DNA of 64,000 nucleotides from an uncultured archaeon (GTDB taxonomy: Archaea > Asgardarchaeota > Lokiarchaeia > Sigyniarchaeales > SOKP01), in the NCBI GenBank assembly GCA_964486045.1, contig CAZALK010000003.1, positions 128,001 through 192,000 on the forward strand. Direction: 5' to 3'. A model generated the notes under the pieces. It saw nothing but the letters and a program-made list of their open reading frames with translations, was not told where the DNA came from and did not search any database. The translations under genes and the position numbers were made by a program. This document shows positions 10,886-21,601 of this stretch, one piece after another; position 1 is the stretch's first letter, and the number at the start of each line of letters is the position of its first letter.

Positions 10886-12388
10886 ATGGATAACAAACCA
10901 AATATAATAATTTTTAATGTTGATCAGTGGCGTGGGGATGTATTAGGACATCTGGGAAATCCCGCAGCAAAAACCCCGAATCTTGATCAAATTGTTAAAA
11001 ATGACGCTGTTTCATTTAGCAGTGCTTTTTGTCAGAATCCCGTGTGTACACCTTCCAGATGCTCTTTCATGACTGGTTGGTATCCTCACGTCAGGGGCCA
11101 TCGAACTATGCATCATATGCTTCATTTAGAAAGAGGTGAACCAAATTTACTTAGAATTCTTAAGGATAATAGTTATATGGTCTGGTGGGGCGGGAGAAAT
11201 GATTTAATTTCAGTAAAAGACGATTTAAAAGAACATTGTGATATTTTATTTTGGCCTACAAAAGAAGATCGTAATCGCTGGGGTTATGAGTGGATGCCGA
11301 ATCTACATCGATCAGATAAATGGCGAGGAAAGCCTGGAAGTGATAATTATTATAGTTTTTTTGCAGGAAAATTAGATACTCAAGAAAAGGATATTTATTT
11401 TGACTTCGATTGGGCTATAATTTTAGGAGCAATAGATTTTATCAAGAATTATGATGGACAAAAACCCTTTTGCATGTATATTGCGCTTGCTAATCCACAT
11501 CCCCCATATGGTATTGAAGAACCATGGTATAGCATGATTGATCGTAATAAAGTTCCACCTCGTAAAGAAACCCCAAAAAATTGGTTTGGAAAACCTTCGC
11601 TCTTAAAGGGAATGTATGAACGTCAGAATCTTCAGAAAATGACTGAAAATCAATGGACTGAGTTACGAGCAACATATTATGGAATGTGCGCTCGTCTTGA
11701 TCATCAATTTGGATTAATTGTTGAGGAACTAAGAAAAAAGAATTATTATGATGATAGTGCAATCTTTCTATTCTCTGATCATGGTGATTTTACAGGAGAC
11801 TTTGGTTTGGTAGAAAAAACTCAGAATACATTTGAAGATTGCCTTACCAATGTACCTTTTATAATTAAACCTCCGAGTAATATCGATGTTAAACCTCGGG
11901 TTTGTGATGCACTGGTTGAATTAGTTGACTTTTCTGAAACAGTTTTTGCTTTAACAAATATAACTCCTAATTATTCACGGTTTGGTAGAAATTTAATACC
12001 ATTACTTCAGGGGAAAACTGAAGAAAATAGAGATGCGGTTTTTTGTGAGGGGGGGAGACTTTATGGTGAGAAACATGCAATGGAACTGGAAGACCCTTCA
12101 AATTTAAGGCCCACTGGTCTCTATTGGCCTCGAGTGGGGCTTCAAACAACTGATGATGGACCCTATCATAGTAAAGCAGTCATGTGTAGGACAAAAAATT
12201 ATAAATATGTAAACCGTCTTTATGAGAAAGATGAATTATATGATCTAATTAATGATCCAGCAGAATTAATTAACATCATTGATGATTTAAAGTATAAGGA
12301 CACGCTAATTATGTTGAAAGAAAGAATGCTTACATGGTATGTAGAAACGTGTGATGTAGTTCCATTTAAGACTGATAGAAGATTTTAA
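10886..12388 (+). CDS. Sulfatase (formylglycine type)
   Basis: KPNII..DQWR, CTPSRCSFMTG signature, PHPPY, SDHGD, ELYDL. Confidence 0.93.
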   Translation: MDNKPNIIIFNVDQWRGDVLGHLGNPAAKTPNLDQIVKNDAVSFSSAFCQNPVCTPSRCSFMTGWYPHVRGHRTMHHMLHLERGEPNLLRILKDNSYMVWWGGRNDLISVKDDLKEHCDILFWPTKEDRNRWGYEWMPNLHRSDKWRGKPGSDNYYSFFAGKLDTQEKDIYFDFDWAIILGAIDFIKNYDGQKPFCMYIALANPHPPYGIEEPWYSMIDRNKVPPRKETPKNWFGKPSLLKGMYERQNLQKMTENQWTELRATYYGMCARLDHQFGLIVEELRKKNYYDDSAIFLFSDHGDFTGDFGLVEKTQNTFEDCLTNVPFIIKPPSNIDVKPRVCDALVELVDFSETVFALTNITPNYSRFGRNLIPLLQGKTEENRDAVFCEGGRLYGEKHAMELEDPSNLRPTGLYWPRVGLQTTDDGPYHSKAVMCRTKNYKYVNRLYEKDELYDLINDPAELINIIDDLKYKDTLIMLKERMLTWYVETCDVVPFKTDRRF

Positions 12389-12419
12389 TAAAAAAAAAAT
12401 AACAAATAAATGGGATAAA

Positions 12420-13316
12420 TTATAAAGGGTTATCTTTTATAAACTCAATCATAATTTCGGCTAATTCTGGGCCTTTGTCTTCTTGCACAAAATGGGATGC
12501 GTCTTTAACTGTCGTATGTTTTTGTCCTCGAGCTCCTGGAACATATTGCTGCATAAATAAATCCCCACCTCGAGTTACTGGGTCACTATCTGCAAAAGCA
12601 GTAAGAAACGGTTTTTCCCATTTCCCAAATTCTTCAAAAGCCTTTTTATTGGCTTCATGTTCAGGATCATCGACACTGATTGGTACTAAAGAAGGCATTA
12701 TTCGAGCACCAGCTTTATACGTGTCATCAGGAAATGGAGCATCATACGCGGCTAAAACATCATCAGATAATTTAGTAGTTGTTGCTCCTTGAAGTATAAA
12801 CTTGATATCAAAATTAGGGGATTCTCTTGAAAATTTTCGCCAATTCAAAAAAGCTTCAGACATGGGTTGTTCACCCGTAGGTAATCCTCCATTAGAGAGC
12901 ATAATTCGACTAAATCTATCCTGCTTTTCAATCGCAATCCTTAAGCCAATTAAAGAGCCCCAATCTTGACAAAACAATGTTATTTTTTGAAGATCAAGTC
13001 GTACTACTAATTCTGACATCCATTTTACATGTTTAGCATAAGTATGATCTTCTTTCTCTGTTGGTTTATCAGAACGCCCAAATCCTACTAAATCTGGAGC
13101 GATAATCCTGAAGTCTGCTTTTACAAGAATAGGAATCATGTGCCTATATAAAAAACTCCATGAGGGTTCTCCATGCATCAGTAAAATAACTTCAGCGTCT
13201 TTTGGCCCCTCATCTATATAATGAATTCTAATACCATCAATCTCTAAATAATGAGGTTCATATGGAAATTCGAGAATATTTTCAAACCTCTCATCTGGAG
13301 TACGTAATAAATCCAC
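12420..13316 (-). CDS. Haloalkane dehalogenase
   Basis: LRTPDERF, HGEPSWSFLY, QDWG nucleophile, HFVQEDKG. Confidence 0.92.
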   Translation of the reverse strand: MDLLRTPDERFENILEFPYEPHYLEIDGIRIHYIDEGPKDAEVILLMHGEPSWSFLYRHMIPILVKADFRIIAPDLVGFGRSDKPTEKEDHTYAKHVKWMSELVVRLDLQKITLFCQDWGSLIGLRIAIEKQDRFSRIMLSNGGLPTGEQPMSEAFLNWRKFSRESPNFDIKFILQGATTTKLSDDVLAAYDAPFPDDTYKAGARIMPSLVPISVDDPEHEANKKAFEEFGKWEKPFLTAFADSDPVTRGGDLFMQQYVPGARGQKHTTVKDASHFVQEDKGPELAEIMIEFIKDNPL

Positions 13317-13443
13317 GATTTTTACCTCTACTTATATTTAATACTTATTTCACTGTAATATTTAAATTAAAATTAGATTATACTACACCCTCAAAAAAAT
13401 TTCCGATTTAAGAAAAAAAATTGACGAAAAATTCAATTCTCTT

Positions 13444-13968
13444 CTATACTGGTTCAGCATCTATCAATATTGCAGCTAAAAGTGCAGGAGTAGATCCTTT
13501 ATTAATCCATGCATGATTCGTTCCCCGTTGAATTACAACATCGAATGGTTTTAACTCTACCTCCTCTTCATCCAAAATGAGCGAAACTTCCCCTTCAAGT
13601 AAAATTATATAGTCCACGGTTTTAGTTTTATGCATACGAGGATCTCTTGTCGTATCTGGACGACAGTGAGTAGCGTCCATTGCTGCGAAACTAGCAGCTG
13701 TTTCTTTTTCTATCTCCTCAGCTGATTTTGAGGGATCTTCAGGAAGTACCTGAAAGTAAGCCAATTTGGAACCATTTGGAGGAGGTTCAAGTCTTACTTT
13801 TCGCTTAGCAGCATCATTTTCATCCTTATTATCTGCAGGAGATCTATCTGTAACCCACATTTGAAATGATGGAGGTCCGCTATAAGCAACTATTGATTTT
13901 CCTTCCTCATTATGACCTGTTACATATCTTTTTGAATTTCTCTCTATCAATTGTTTTACCTCATTCAA
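13444..13968 (-). CDS. Cupin-domain protein
   Basis: MHKTKTVDY...VVIQRGTNHAW. Confidence 0.88.
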   Translation of the reverse strand: MNEVKQLIERNSKRYVTGHNEEGKSIVAYSGPPSFQMWVTDRSPADNKDENDAAKRKVRLEPPPNGSKLAYFQVLPEDPSKSAEEIEKETAASFAAMDATHCRPDTTRDPRMHKTKTVDYIILLEGEVSLILDEEEVELKPFDVVIQRGTNHAWINKGSTPALLAAILIDAEPV

Positions 13969-14004
13969 AAAATTTATAAATATTTTATATATATTTCTGT
14001 TCTG

Positions 14005-14496
14005 TTAATAATTAAAGTCATGTTTTCCTACAGTTATTTCTTGAGTAAATGTTTCATTTTGTCTTTTTCTACGTATCTCGATTAAATTTAATACATCATA
14101 CCCTCTTTTTTTTAAAAATGAGATACTTATGTCATTATTAGGATGAACCCAGTTATACAACGTTTCACCCCCTACCTCTTTTACTAAGAATTCTCCTTTT
14201 TCATATAAAGCAGTACCGATGCCTTTTCTCCTCAACTCTGGAACTACATAAAGAGATTCAGACCAAATAACATTTTCTTCTACACGACAAACATGATATC
14301 CAATAAGATTCTGTTCTTTATCTTCAGCTACAAATATTGGAAATTTTTTTTGCTGATAATGGGTTAATTCCTCTTGAGCACTTTTTAAATCAAGATCTTT
14401 CTCAATTCCTTTTAATTTGCCTAGTTTTACTCTGAATCTCCCTATCAATCTAACGAGTTCGTCTTTATCACTTGCATTATGATTTCTTATTATCAT
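14005..14496 (-). CDS. GNAT N-acetyltransferase
   Basis: LYVVPELRRKGIG, FLKKRGY. Confidence 0.88.
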   Translation of the reverse strand: MIIRNHNASDKDELVRLIGRFRVKLGKLKGIEKDLDLKSAQEELTHYQQKKFPIFVAEDKEQNLIGYHVCRVEENVIWSESLYVVPELRRKGIGTALYEKGEFLVKEVGGETLYNWVHPNNDISISFLKKRGYDVLNLIEIRRKRQNETFTQEITVGKHDFNY

Positions 14497-15053
14497 AAAA
14501 ATCCATCTATTATATAAATTAAGCCAATAGGATGAAGAAACATAACTTTAAAATATAGTTTGTTAAGTCAAAAATTTTGGAGTAGGAATAGAAAAATTGA
14601 AAAACTCAGAAACTAAAATGAATCAATTAATAAGAATATCTTTCTTAGGTTAATTAATCAGTAATGTGAGGTTGTTAAAGAATAATAGACTCTGGCCTAA
14701 ATGAACTTAGAAAAAGAAAAACCAGACGAATTATACTCTGGACATGCGGAATAACGGCTACGGCAGCTCTAATAACCATGTTTGCAATTCTTGGTTTAGC
14801 TGATTTACAAAATGGTAGTGGAAATTGATCCTGTATCAATAGTTTTTCCATACTAGAAATTTATAGAGATTTAAGTAAACAATTGAACAATGTGATATCA
14901 ATAATTAAGTATGTAAATCTAATTTAAAACCGAATTGAATGAATCTTGCAAAAAAATGATAGTTGTAAGAAGACACACCTTGCAAAGGTTTCGGTTATAC
15001 CATTCCCAAATTATAATCAGAAATTAAAAAATAATAAACTCTAAATATACATT

Positions 15054-15206
15054 ATGCCAATAGTAAAGCTCAAAGTAAATGAAAAGGAAGTTCCACTAAA
15101 GGATTTTATGGAGGGTATGCTAACTAATATAATCCTCGGTTATTTAAAATCAACGAAAGGTGTACCCGAAGACATAGAAAATATAAAAATAGATATAAAA
15201 ATATAA
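15054..15206 (+). CDS. 50-aa small protein resembling the C-terminal domain of archaeal MobB
   Basis: Own translation, below the ORF-track cutoff: MPIVKLKVNEKEVPLKDFMEGMLTNIILGYLKSTKGVPEDIENIKIDIKI; T-run directly after the stop. Confidence 0.7.
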   Translation: MPIVKLKVNEKEVPLKDFMEGMLTNIILGYLKSTKGVPEDIENIKIDIKI

Positions 15207-15250
15207 TTTTTTTTCACTTCTTATAAAAATAAAAAAAAAGAAGTAAGATT

Positions 15251-16576
15251 TTATAGTTCTTGGATTGCCCTTTCTTTTGCCATCTTTTCTTCCTCAGTTA
15301 GCTCAACTTCTCCTCTTTTTACAAAGAACATTATGATAAACGCTAAGATAAAGAAAAATGCTCCATTTAGTAATAAAGTTGGATCAGTCATCAAATCTGT
15401 AAGACCCCCAACGATCATGGGACCTAAAATAGCGGCTAAGAAGCTAAAAAAATAATATAGCCCTGTATAAGTTCCAATTTTTCTTTCTGTTGGTGCTAAT
15501 TCCCATACAATAACTATTGAGTTTACATTGATTAAAGCCCATCCAATACCTAGGAACGCTAAAGGGATCGCTATTAAAAAAAGACTTACTTTCATTATGC
15601 CCATTACAAATCCTATAATAAGCATCACAATCCAAATCAGGATACCTATCTTTATAGCTTTCCTTCTACCAATTTTGGTTGATAGTATAGACAATGGATA
15701 AATGAAAATTAATAATGGTAGCGTTACAAAGAATGGTAAAAAACCAGCAAGACCTTCACTGTATCCTAAAACATTAACACCGTATATTGAGATTAGAGCT
15801 ACAATTCCTTGATATCCAATAAACCAACAGAAAATTGCCAATAGTATAAATAGTGTACTCCTGTCTTCCTCTTGTAAGATATCCTTAATGCTTTCAATTA
15901 AACCAGGGGGTTTTTTTTCTCCCTTTACTTTTTTCCCTTCTTTTTCTTCGACTTCCAGGATTGATTGGTAACTATAAGCATCTTTTTCCTTTATTTTCCA
16001 GAATAAAACAGCCAATGCAAGAACCATAATTACTGAAACAATTATAAACGTAGTCTGTCTACCAATATTTACATCTGAAAAAGCATCTACGACGTAACTT
16101 AAACCATATCCAATAGCAACCCCAAGACCACCCATTAAGTTAATTAATCCATTTCCTTTACTTCGATTAATGGGTTTTACAAAATCAGGCATTATTGAAA
16201 CCGCTTGAGCTCTGTATATTCCCATGCTTATTCCAAAAAATAGCATCCAAATAAATAACCAGAGTAAAGAAGTTTCTGTAGGAATTAATGCAAAGAATAG
16301 CGCCCCTAAGGGGATACCTATCATTAAATACGGCATCCTCCTTCCATATTTTGTACGAGTATTATCTGAAATCGACCCCATAATGGGTTGGAGAAAGACA
16401 CCAATTATATTATCGAGTGCCATAAGTAAACCCACCATAAATAATGAAGGTAAATAATTTTCCAATAATAAAGGCACTTGCGCATTATAGAGTGCCCAAG
16501 CAATTTCCGATGAGAAAAAAGCTAGCCCAATTAATAAAGTTTGTTTTACATTTAATTTCGGAGTAGTTTCTGACAT
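15251..16576 (-). CDS. MFS transporter (maltose/sucrose GPH-like)
   Basis: About 12 TM helices; QPIMGSISDNTRTKYGRRMPY. Confidence 0.9.
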   Translation of the reverse strand: MSETTPKLNVKQTLLIGLAFFSSEIAWALYNAQVPLLLENYLPSLFMVGLLMALDNIIGVFLQPIMGSISDNTRTKYGRRMPYLMIGIPLGALFFALIPTETSLLWLFIWMLFFGISMGIYRAQAVSIMPDFVKPINRSKGNGLINLMGGLGVAIGYGLSYVVDAFSDVNIGRQTTFIIVSVIMVLALAVLFWKIKEKDAYSYQSILEVEEKEGKKVKGEKKPPGLIESIKDILQEEDRSTLFILLAIFCWFIGYQGIVALISIYGVNVLGYSEGLAGFLPFFVTLPLLIFIYPLSILSTKIGRRKAIKIGILIWIVMLIIGFVMGIMKVSLFLIAIPLAFLGIGWALINVNSIVIVWELAPTERKIGTYTGLYYFFSFLAAILGPMIVGGLTDLMTDPTLLLNGAFFFILAFIIMFFVKRGEVELTEEEKMAKERAIQEL

Positions 16577-16748
16577 TTTTTTTAATAGATTTTTTATAAT
16601 TAATTGATTATATATTTAATCTTGATATATTTAAAAGATCCTCTCAAAGAATTCTTATCTTAAACGGTTTCACAAAAAATTTAACCATTTTGATAATCTG
16701 ATTGAATTCCAAAAATCCTTTAAATATGACTTCTGATATTTTTTAAGG

Positions 16749-17633
16749 ATGAAGTTAGAACCAGAATGTGTAGGATGCATTTTTAACCAAATATTAAAAG
16801 CATTAAAATTACTTCGACCTAATATTTCTCGTGAAGAAATCATTTCTGCTCAGAAAAAATTAATGGAATTACTTCAAAATTTTGATATAGATGCCAATAT
16901 ATCTCCTATATTGGGAAATGTAGCATATAGTATTATTTCAGAAGTTTTAGATGAGGAAGATCCATATAAAATTCTTAAAGAGGAGTACAATCAACTTGTT
17001 TTAGAAAATTATGAAGAAATTAAGAAATTAATTGAGGATGCTGTAGATCCTTTATTTCAAGCTATCATAGTTTCAGCAATTGGGAATACTATTGATTTTG
17101 CAAGCCAACACGAGATTGATTTAATCGCGGATATAAAAAATTACGATCAAGAAAATTTGGTCATCAACGATTATTCTGCCTTTAAAAAATCCTTAAGAAA
17201 TGCAGAATCTCTATTAATTATTGGAGATAATGCAGGAGAAATTGTTTTTGACAAACTCCTAATTGTAATTATTAAGAATTTTTATCCTAATTTAGATATT
17301 ATTTATTCTGTAAGGGAAAGTCCAATTATAAACGATGCAACAATGGTAGATGCTAAATTTGTTGGATTAACAGATTTAGCTAATGTAATTGAATCAAGTG
17401 CAACCCCCGGAGTTGATATATACTCATCTCCGGATGAATTTAAGAAATATTTTTTTCAAAAAGGAACTGTAATTTTATCAAAAGGTCAAGGAAACTTTGA
17501 GAGTCTTTATGATATTGAGTTATCCAGTAAAGAAATCTACTATTTGATGAAAGTCAAGTGTAATCTTATGGAAAGAATATTTGGGGCTAAAATTGGTGAT
17601 TTAATTTTCAAAAAGAAAATCAAGGGTAATTAA
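16749..17633 (+). CDS. Damage-control phosphatase (ARMT1/DUF89 family)
   Basis: ECVGC, GNTIDF, GDNAGEIVFD, SKGQGNFESL. Confidence 0.9.
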   Translation: MKLEPECVGCIFNQILKALKLLRPNISREEIISAQKKLMELLQNFDIDANISPILGNVAYSIISEVLDEEDPYKILKEEYNQLVLENYEEIKKLIEDAVDPLFQAIIVSAIGNTIDFASQHEIDLIADIKNYDQENLVINDYSAFKKSLRNAESLLIIGDNAGEIVFDKLLIVIIKNFYPNLDIIYSVRESPIINDATMVDAKFVGLTDLANVIESSATPGVDIYSSPDEFKKYFFQKGTVILSKGQGNFESLYDIELSSKEIYYLMKVKCNLMERIFGAKIGDLIFKKKIKGN

Positions 17634-17671
17634 ATTTAGCTTTAATCTAATTTATTAAATTTACACTGATC

Positions 17672-18157
17672 TTAGTTTGATTTTGTCCTTAACTTCTTGA
17701 TAGCTTCAGTAAAAAATCCAAAATCCTCTATCTCGGTTTTTTCCTTCGAATCTTTTACTGTTTTAAAATATTCTTTGATTTGCTTTGATAAAATAGTTTT
17801 AAATGGTTCAAATTGACTAATCTCAAAACTATCATTACTAATTTCAGTTCTGTAAAGTGAAAAAAACATATCTAGAGACTTTTCAGCTTCCCCTCGGATA
17901 TCATGCTTAAGAAACTCCTTGTCAAGAATGGCAACGAAAATTAAACCGTATTTATAAACGATTATCATTTCTACATCAAGGCCTTTAACGTTAATCTCTT
18001 CGATTTCCCCTAAATTGTTACCAAACAAACGTAGTGCTCCAACAAAGGAGGATAACAAAACAGGATCGATTTTTGAATCTAAAATGAGATCAAGTAAATA
18101 TTCACCAGATTCTTTGCAAATAACGATACCTTTTAGCAGTTTATGTTCCTCAGAAAT
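17672..18157 (-). CDS. Longin/roadblock-like protein; probable non-ATG start
   Basis: Frame is open well upstream of the track start: ISEEHKLLKGIVICKESGEYLL...DPVLLSSFVGAL, a pattern typical of Asgard longin/roadblock-like domains. Start position uncertain. Confidence 0.6.
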   Translation of the reverse strand: MSEEHKLLKGIVICKESGEYLLDLILDSKIDPVLLSSFVGALRLFGNNLGEIEEINVKGLDVEMIIVYKYGLIFVAILDKEFLKHDIRGEAEKSLDMFFSLYRTEISNDSFEISQFEPFKTILSKQIKEYFKTVKDSKEKTEIEDFGFFTEAIKKLRTKSN

Positions 18158-18324
18158 GATAATAATATTCCCTATTATTCTATCTTATATACCTTATAAA
18201 ATTAAAATAAATCTAGTCTAATAAATGCTCTCAGATTATTAATTTTTCAAAATAGATGTAATATCTAAGAGCAAGACTAAATAATTAAAGTTTGCTAAAG
18301 AGATTAAAAAAGAGATAATAACGA

Positions 18325-19176
18325 TTATTTCTCTAATGTTTCTTGTATCTTTCTTACAATTTCTTTGAATGCTTTTGTAGATTTGTTTTCAGGATATTTC
18401 AATACAAAGGGTAATCCCAGATCCCCTTGTTGGCTTACTTCAATCTCGAAGGGTATTTTTCCAAGTATTGGAATGTTGAAATCTTTAGAAGCCTTATCTG
18501 CACCTCCAGGTGGATACAAATCAATATATTTATCACAATGAGGGCATTTAAATCCTGATTGATTTTCAATTATTCCAAGAATCTTTCTTTTCATTATTAT
18601 TGCCATTTTGATTGTTTTTCTTGAATCCATAAGTGCCACTTGTTGAGGAGTCGTCACAATAATTACATTTTCATCCGGAATTAATTGTAATATATCTAGA
18701 GTTTCATCAGAAGTTCCTGGGGGCAAATCAAATATTAAATAATCAAGTTCACCCCATTCAGCATCTCCCAAGAATTGCCTTACAACACTCATTTTCATTG
18801 GTCCTCTCCAAATCACAGGGTCATCTGGTGTCGATGTTAAAAACGCCATACTCATTGCTTTAATATTTAGAGGTCCTATTATTGGATGGAATTTTTTAGC
18901 TTCTGCATCAACAACCGGTTTAAGCTCAGGATCAATACCTAACATTTTTATGACATTTGGTCCTGTTATATCAACATCTAAAATACCGACTCTTAATCCA
19001 ATACTGGCCAAAGTCATTGCTAGATTTACTGCTACTGTTGTTTTTCCAACACCACCTTTACCAGAAATGATGACAATTTTATGCTTAATTTTAGCCATGT
19101 TCTTTTGGATATTCTGTTCTCTTTCACCCATCATCATTTCTTTTAAATTTATGTCTGGAATTTCTTCTTCTGTCAT
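18325..19176 (-). CDS. mrp: Mrp/NBP35 Fe-S cluster carrier ATPase
   Basis: SGKGGVGKTT, VIWRGPM, DLPPGTSD, CPHC. Confidence 0.93.
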   Translation of the reverse strand: MTEEEIPDINLKEMMMGEREQNIQKNMAKIKHKIVIISGKGGVGKTTVAVNLAMTLASIGLRVGILDVDITGPNVIKMLGIDPELKPVVDAEAKKFHPIIGPLNIKAMSMAFLTSTPDDPVIWRGPMKMSVVRQFLGDAEWGELDYLIFDLPPGTSDETLDILQLIPDENVIIVTTPQQVALMDSRKTIKMAIIMKRKILGIIENQSGFKCPHCDKYIDLYPPGGADKASKDFNIPILGKIPFEIEVSQQGDLGLPFVLKYPENKSTKAFKEIVRKIQETLEK

Positions 19177-19381
19177 GTTCAGGAATCACTTCTACTTTAT
19201 ATTATGAAACTTAAGACTGGATTTATTTCTATCTATAATTTTTTATGAAATTTTCCTTAGTTTTACTTATATTTCAATTCTTATTATGAATGTATTTATA
19301 TCGTATAAACTAAAGAAATTAATAAATTTCGATATATTATTCATTACTGAAAAGAGAAGAAAAAATTAAATTTCAAGGTGA

Positions 19382-19873
19382 TTGTGGATTCCAATAAGCA
19401 ACTTCATGGAATTATACAAATTCCTACCAAAAACAAATTGTAAGAAATGTGGAAAACCAACGTGTATGGCGTTTTCTCTCGATTTATTACAAGGAAAAGT
19501 AAAAATTGACGATTGTACACCCCTTTTAGAGCCTAAATATAAGAAGAATTATGATGCTTTGAAAGAACTGCTAGGATCTGAAGAGGGTAAAGAAAAAGAA
19601 TTAAGAATAGATGTTGATGATGATTTATGCGATGGATGTGGGATTTGTGTTACTGTATGCCCTGTTAATGCTAGATATTGTCCACCATCCTTAAGTGGGA
19701 AAGCTCCTGACTTCCCTCCAGATAATCATCAATTATTTCAAGTAAAAAATGGAAAATGTGAATTGTTAAACCTCAAGTATTGTCGTAGATTAGAAGGAGA
19801 AGGACAAGCAAGAGAATGTCGGGTTTGTGAATCATATTGTCCTCGAGATGCTGTTAAAATTGATTATATCTAA
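19382..19873 (+). CDS. Fe-S protein: N-terminal LPKTNC Fe-S domain plus 4Fe-4S dicluster ferredoxin; first gene of the fwd operon
   Basis: LPKTNCKKCGKPTCMAF, CDGCGICVTVCP, CRVCESYCP. Confidence 0.85.
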   Translation: MWIPISNFMELYKFLPKTNCKKCGKPTCMAFSLDLLQGKVKIDDCTPLLEPKYKKNYDALKELLGSEEGKEKELRIDVDDDLCDGCGICVTVCPVNARYCPPSLSGKAPDFPPDNHQLFQVKNGKCELLNLKYCRRLEGEGQARECRVCESYCPRDAVKIDYI

Positions 19874-19896
19874 TTCTCCTTAAAAATGGTTAAATT

Positions 19897-21201
19897 ATGG
19901 TTGGAAAACGAGTCAAATGTTCAGGTTGTTCACTTTTATGTGATGATATAATTATAAGAAGTGACGGTTTGTATATAGATGAGGTTTTTGGTGCTTGCCT
20001 TAAGGGTAAAGAAAGATTTGATCAGATAACAAGTAAAAACCGTGTTCTATCCCCATTTATACGTAAGAATGATGATTTAGTAAAAACTTCATTAAATGAT
20101 GCATTAAATCATGCTACAGAAATTTTAAAGAGCTCAGCAAAACCACTTTTATACGGATTTTCAACGGTAAGTTGTCAAGCTCAATTAGAAGGAATTAAAT
20201 TAGCGAAAGCCATTAATGGGTTTATCGATTCGAATTCTACAATATGTCAAGGCAAAGTACTCAATGCTTCGATACAAACAGGTATGACTCTAACCACAAT
20301 CTCAGAAATAATTAATAAAACTGATCTATTGATATTCTGGGGTGCTAATGTTGCAGAATCAATACCCCGATTATTAAATAAAGCTCTTTTTTCTCGAGGT
20401 AAATTTCGAATGACTGGACGTGAGATTAAAACAGTCATTATTATAGATCCTATTAAAACTGCATCATTTGGAGTAATGGGAGTTCGTGATATTGCTTTAC
20501 AAATTGAGCCAGGAAAAGATATAGATTTAATTCGTGTTCTAAAGGAAAAATGTTGCTCTCCTAATAGTACTCCTTCAAAGGGTGTTGCTGGTATAGATAG
20601 TGATGATTTAAGAAGGTTATTGATTCAACTAACAAATACAGAAAATGGTGTAATTTTTATTGGTCAGGGAATTGTTAATTCAACATCAAATCCTAAGGTG
20701 ATCCAAGAACTACTTGAATTAGTGCAGATATTAAACGCTAAACAACAAAAAGGTCGCATGTCAGTTATTATGTTAGGAGGTCACTATAACATGGCAGGAT
20801 TTGACCAAGTTGCTCTTTCACTAGTCGGAAAAAACCATAATATATTATTTTCTAATAATCAACTAGTTGAAACGTCAGACACGATTATATCAAAAATCGA
20901 TAATGAGGATTTTGATTGTTCTGTAATTGTTGGAACTGATCCAATATCACACTTGCCATGGAAATTGAGTAAGAAATTAATGTCAAAACCCTTAATTCTT
21001 ATTGACAATAAAAAGTCCGCAACTTTTAAAGTAGCAGATATTATTATTCCTTCAGCGATTACAGGAATTGAATGTGAAGGTTTGGCGTATAGGTTAGATC
21101 ATGTGCCGATAGAACTAGATAAAATTGTAAATCCTCCGAATAATGTAATCTCTGACGAAAAAATTCTTTCTATGTTAATTAAAGGTTTAAAAACAATCTA
21201 A
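19897..21201 (+). CDS. fwdB: Formylmethanofuran dehydrogenase subunit B-like (divergent)
   Basis: CSGCSLLCDD, GACLKG, GHYNMAG, GTDPISHLP, GLAYRLDHVP. Confidence 0.85.
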   Translation: MVGKRVKCSGCSLLCDDIIIRSDGLYIDEVFGACLKGKERFDQITSKNRVLSPFIRKNDDLVKTSLNDALNHATEILKSSAKPLLYGFSTVSCQAQLEGIKLAKAINGFIDSNSTICQGKVLNASIQTGMTLTTISEIINKTDLLIFWGANVAESIPRLLNKALFSRGKFRMTGREIKTVIIIDPIKTASFGVMGVRDIALQIEPGKDIDLIRVLKEKCCSPNSTPSKGVAGIDSDDLRRLLIQLTNTENGVIFIGQGIVNSTSNPKVIQELLELVQILNAKQQKGRMSVIMLGGHYNMAGFDQVALSLVGKNHNILFSNNQLVETSDTIISKIDNEDFDCSVIVGTDPISHLPWKLSKKLMSKPLILIDNKKSATFKVADIIIPSAITGIECEGLAYRLDHVPIELDKIVNPPNNVISDEKILSMLIKGLKTI

Positions 21202-21214
21202 TGAGGTTAGGAAG

Positions 21215-21586
21215 ATGGAAATGATAGTCAATACCGTAAGGATGGTGGATTACGATCAATTAAGAGAACACTCATTTGGGGATGATAATTCTTTAAAAGA
21301 AAATCTGGCATTCGGTAAGTTAAATCCAGAAGATTACAAAAAACTCAATTTAACACCAAGTTTGAATTTAAAATTATTGAATACGCATGGACAAGTAATT
21401 ATTAAAGTAAAACAAGAAGAGGATATTCCTTTAGGTACAATACTAATGCCTGTTTCAATTTGGGCAAATCAAATCACAGGGATAATTAATAAGCAATTAA
21501 TATTTAAAAATTTAAAAGTCAATGCCGAAGCAACCAAAGATAATGTTTTAGATCTAAAAGGTTTATTAAATATCATTAAAAAATAA
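21215..21586 (+). CDS. fwdD: Formylmethanofuran dehydrogenase subunit D-like
   Basis: LNPEDYKKL...GTILMPVSIWAN; located between fwdB and fwdA. Confidence 0.8.
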   Translation: MEMIVNTVRMVDYDQLREHSFGDDNSLKENLAFGKLNPEDYKKLNLTPSLNLKLLNTHGQVIIKVKQEEDIPLGTILMPVSIWANQITGIINKQLIFKNLKVNAEATKDNVLDLKGLLNIIKK

Positions 21587-21601
21587 ACAGTTGTCATTAC
21601 T

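Noticed and set aside
14701-14830. Frameshifted signal-peptide-like stretch (KRKTRRIILWTCGITATAALITMF)
   Set aside because: Short and broken, with no identifiable product.
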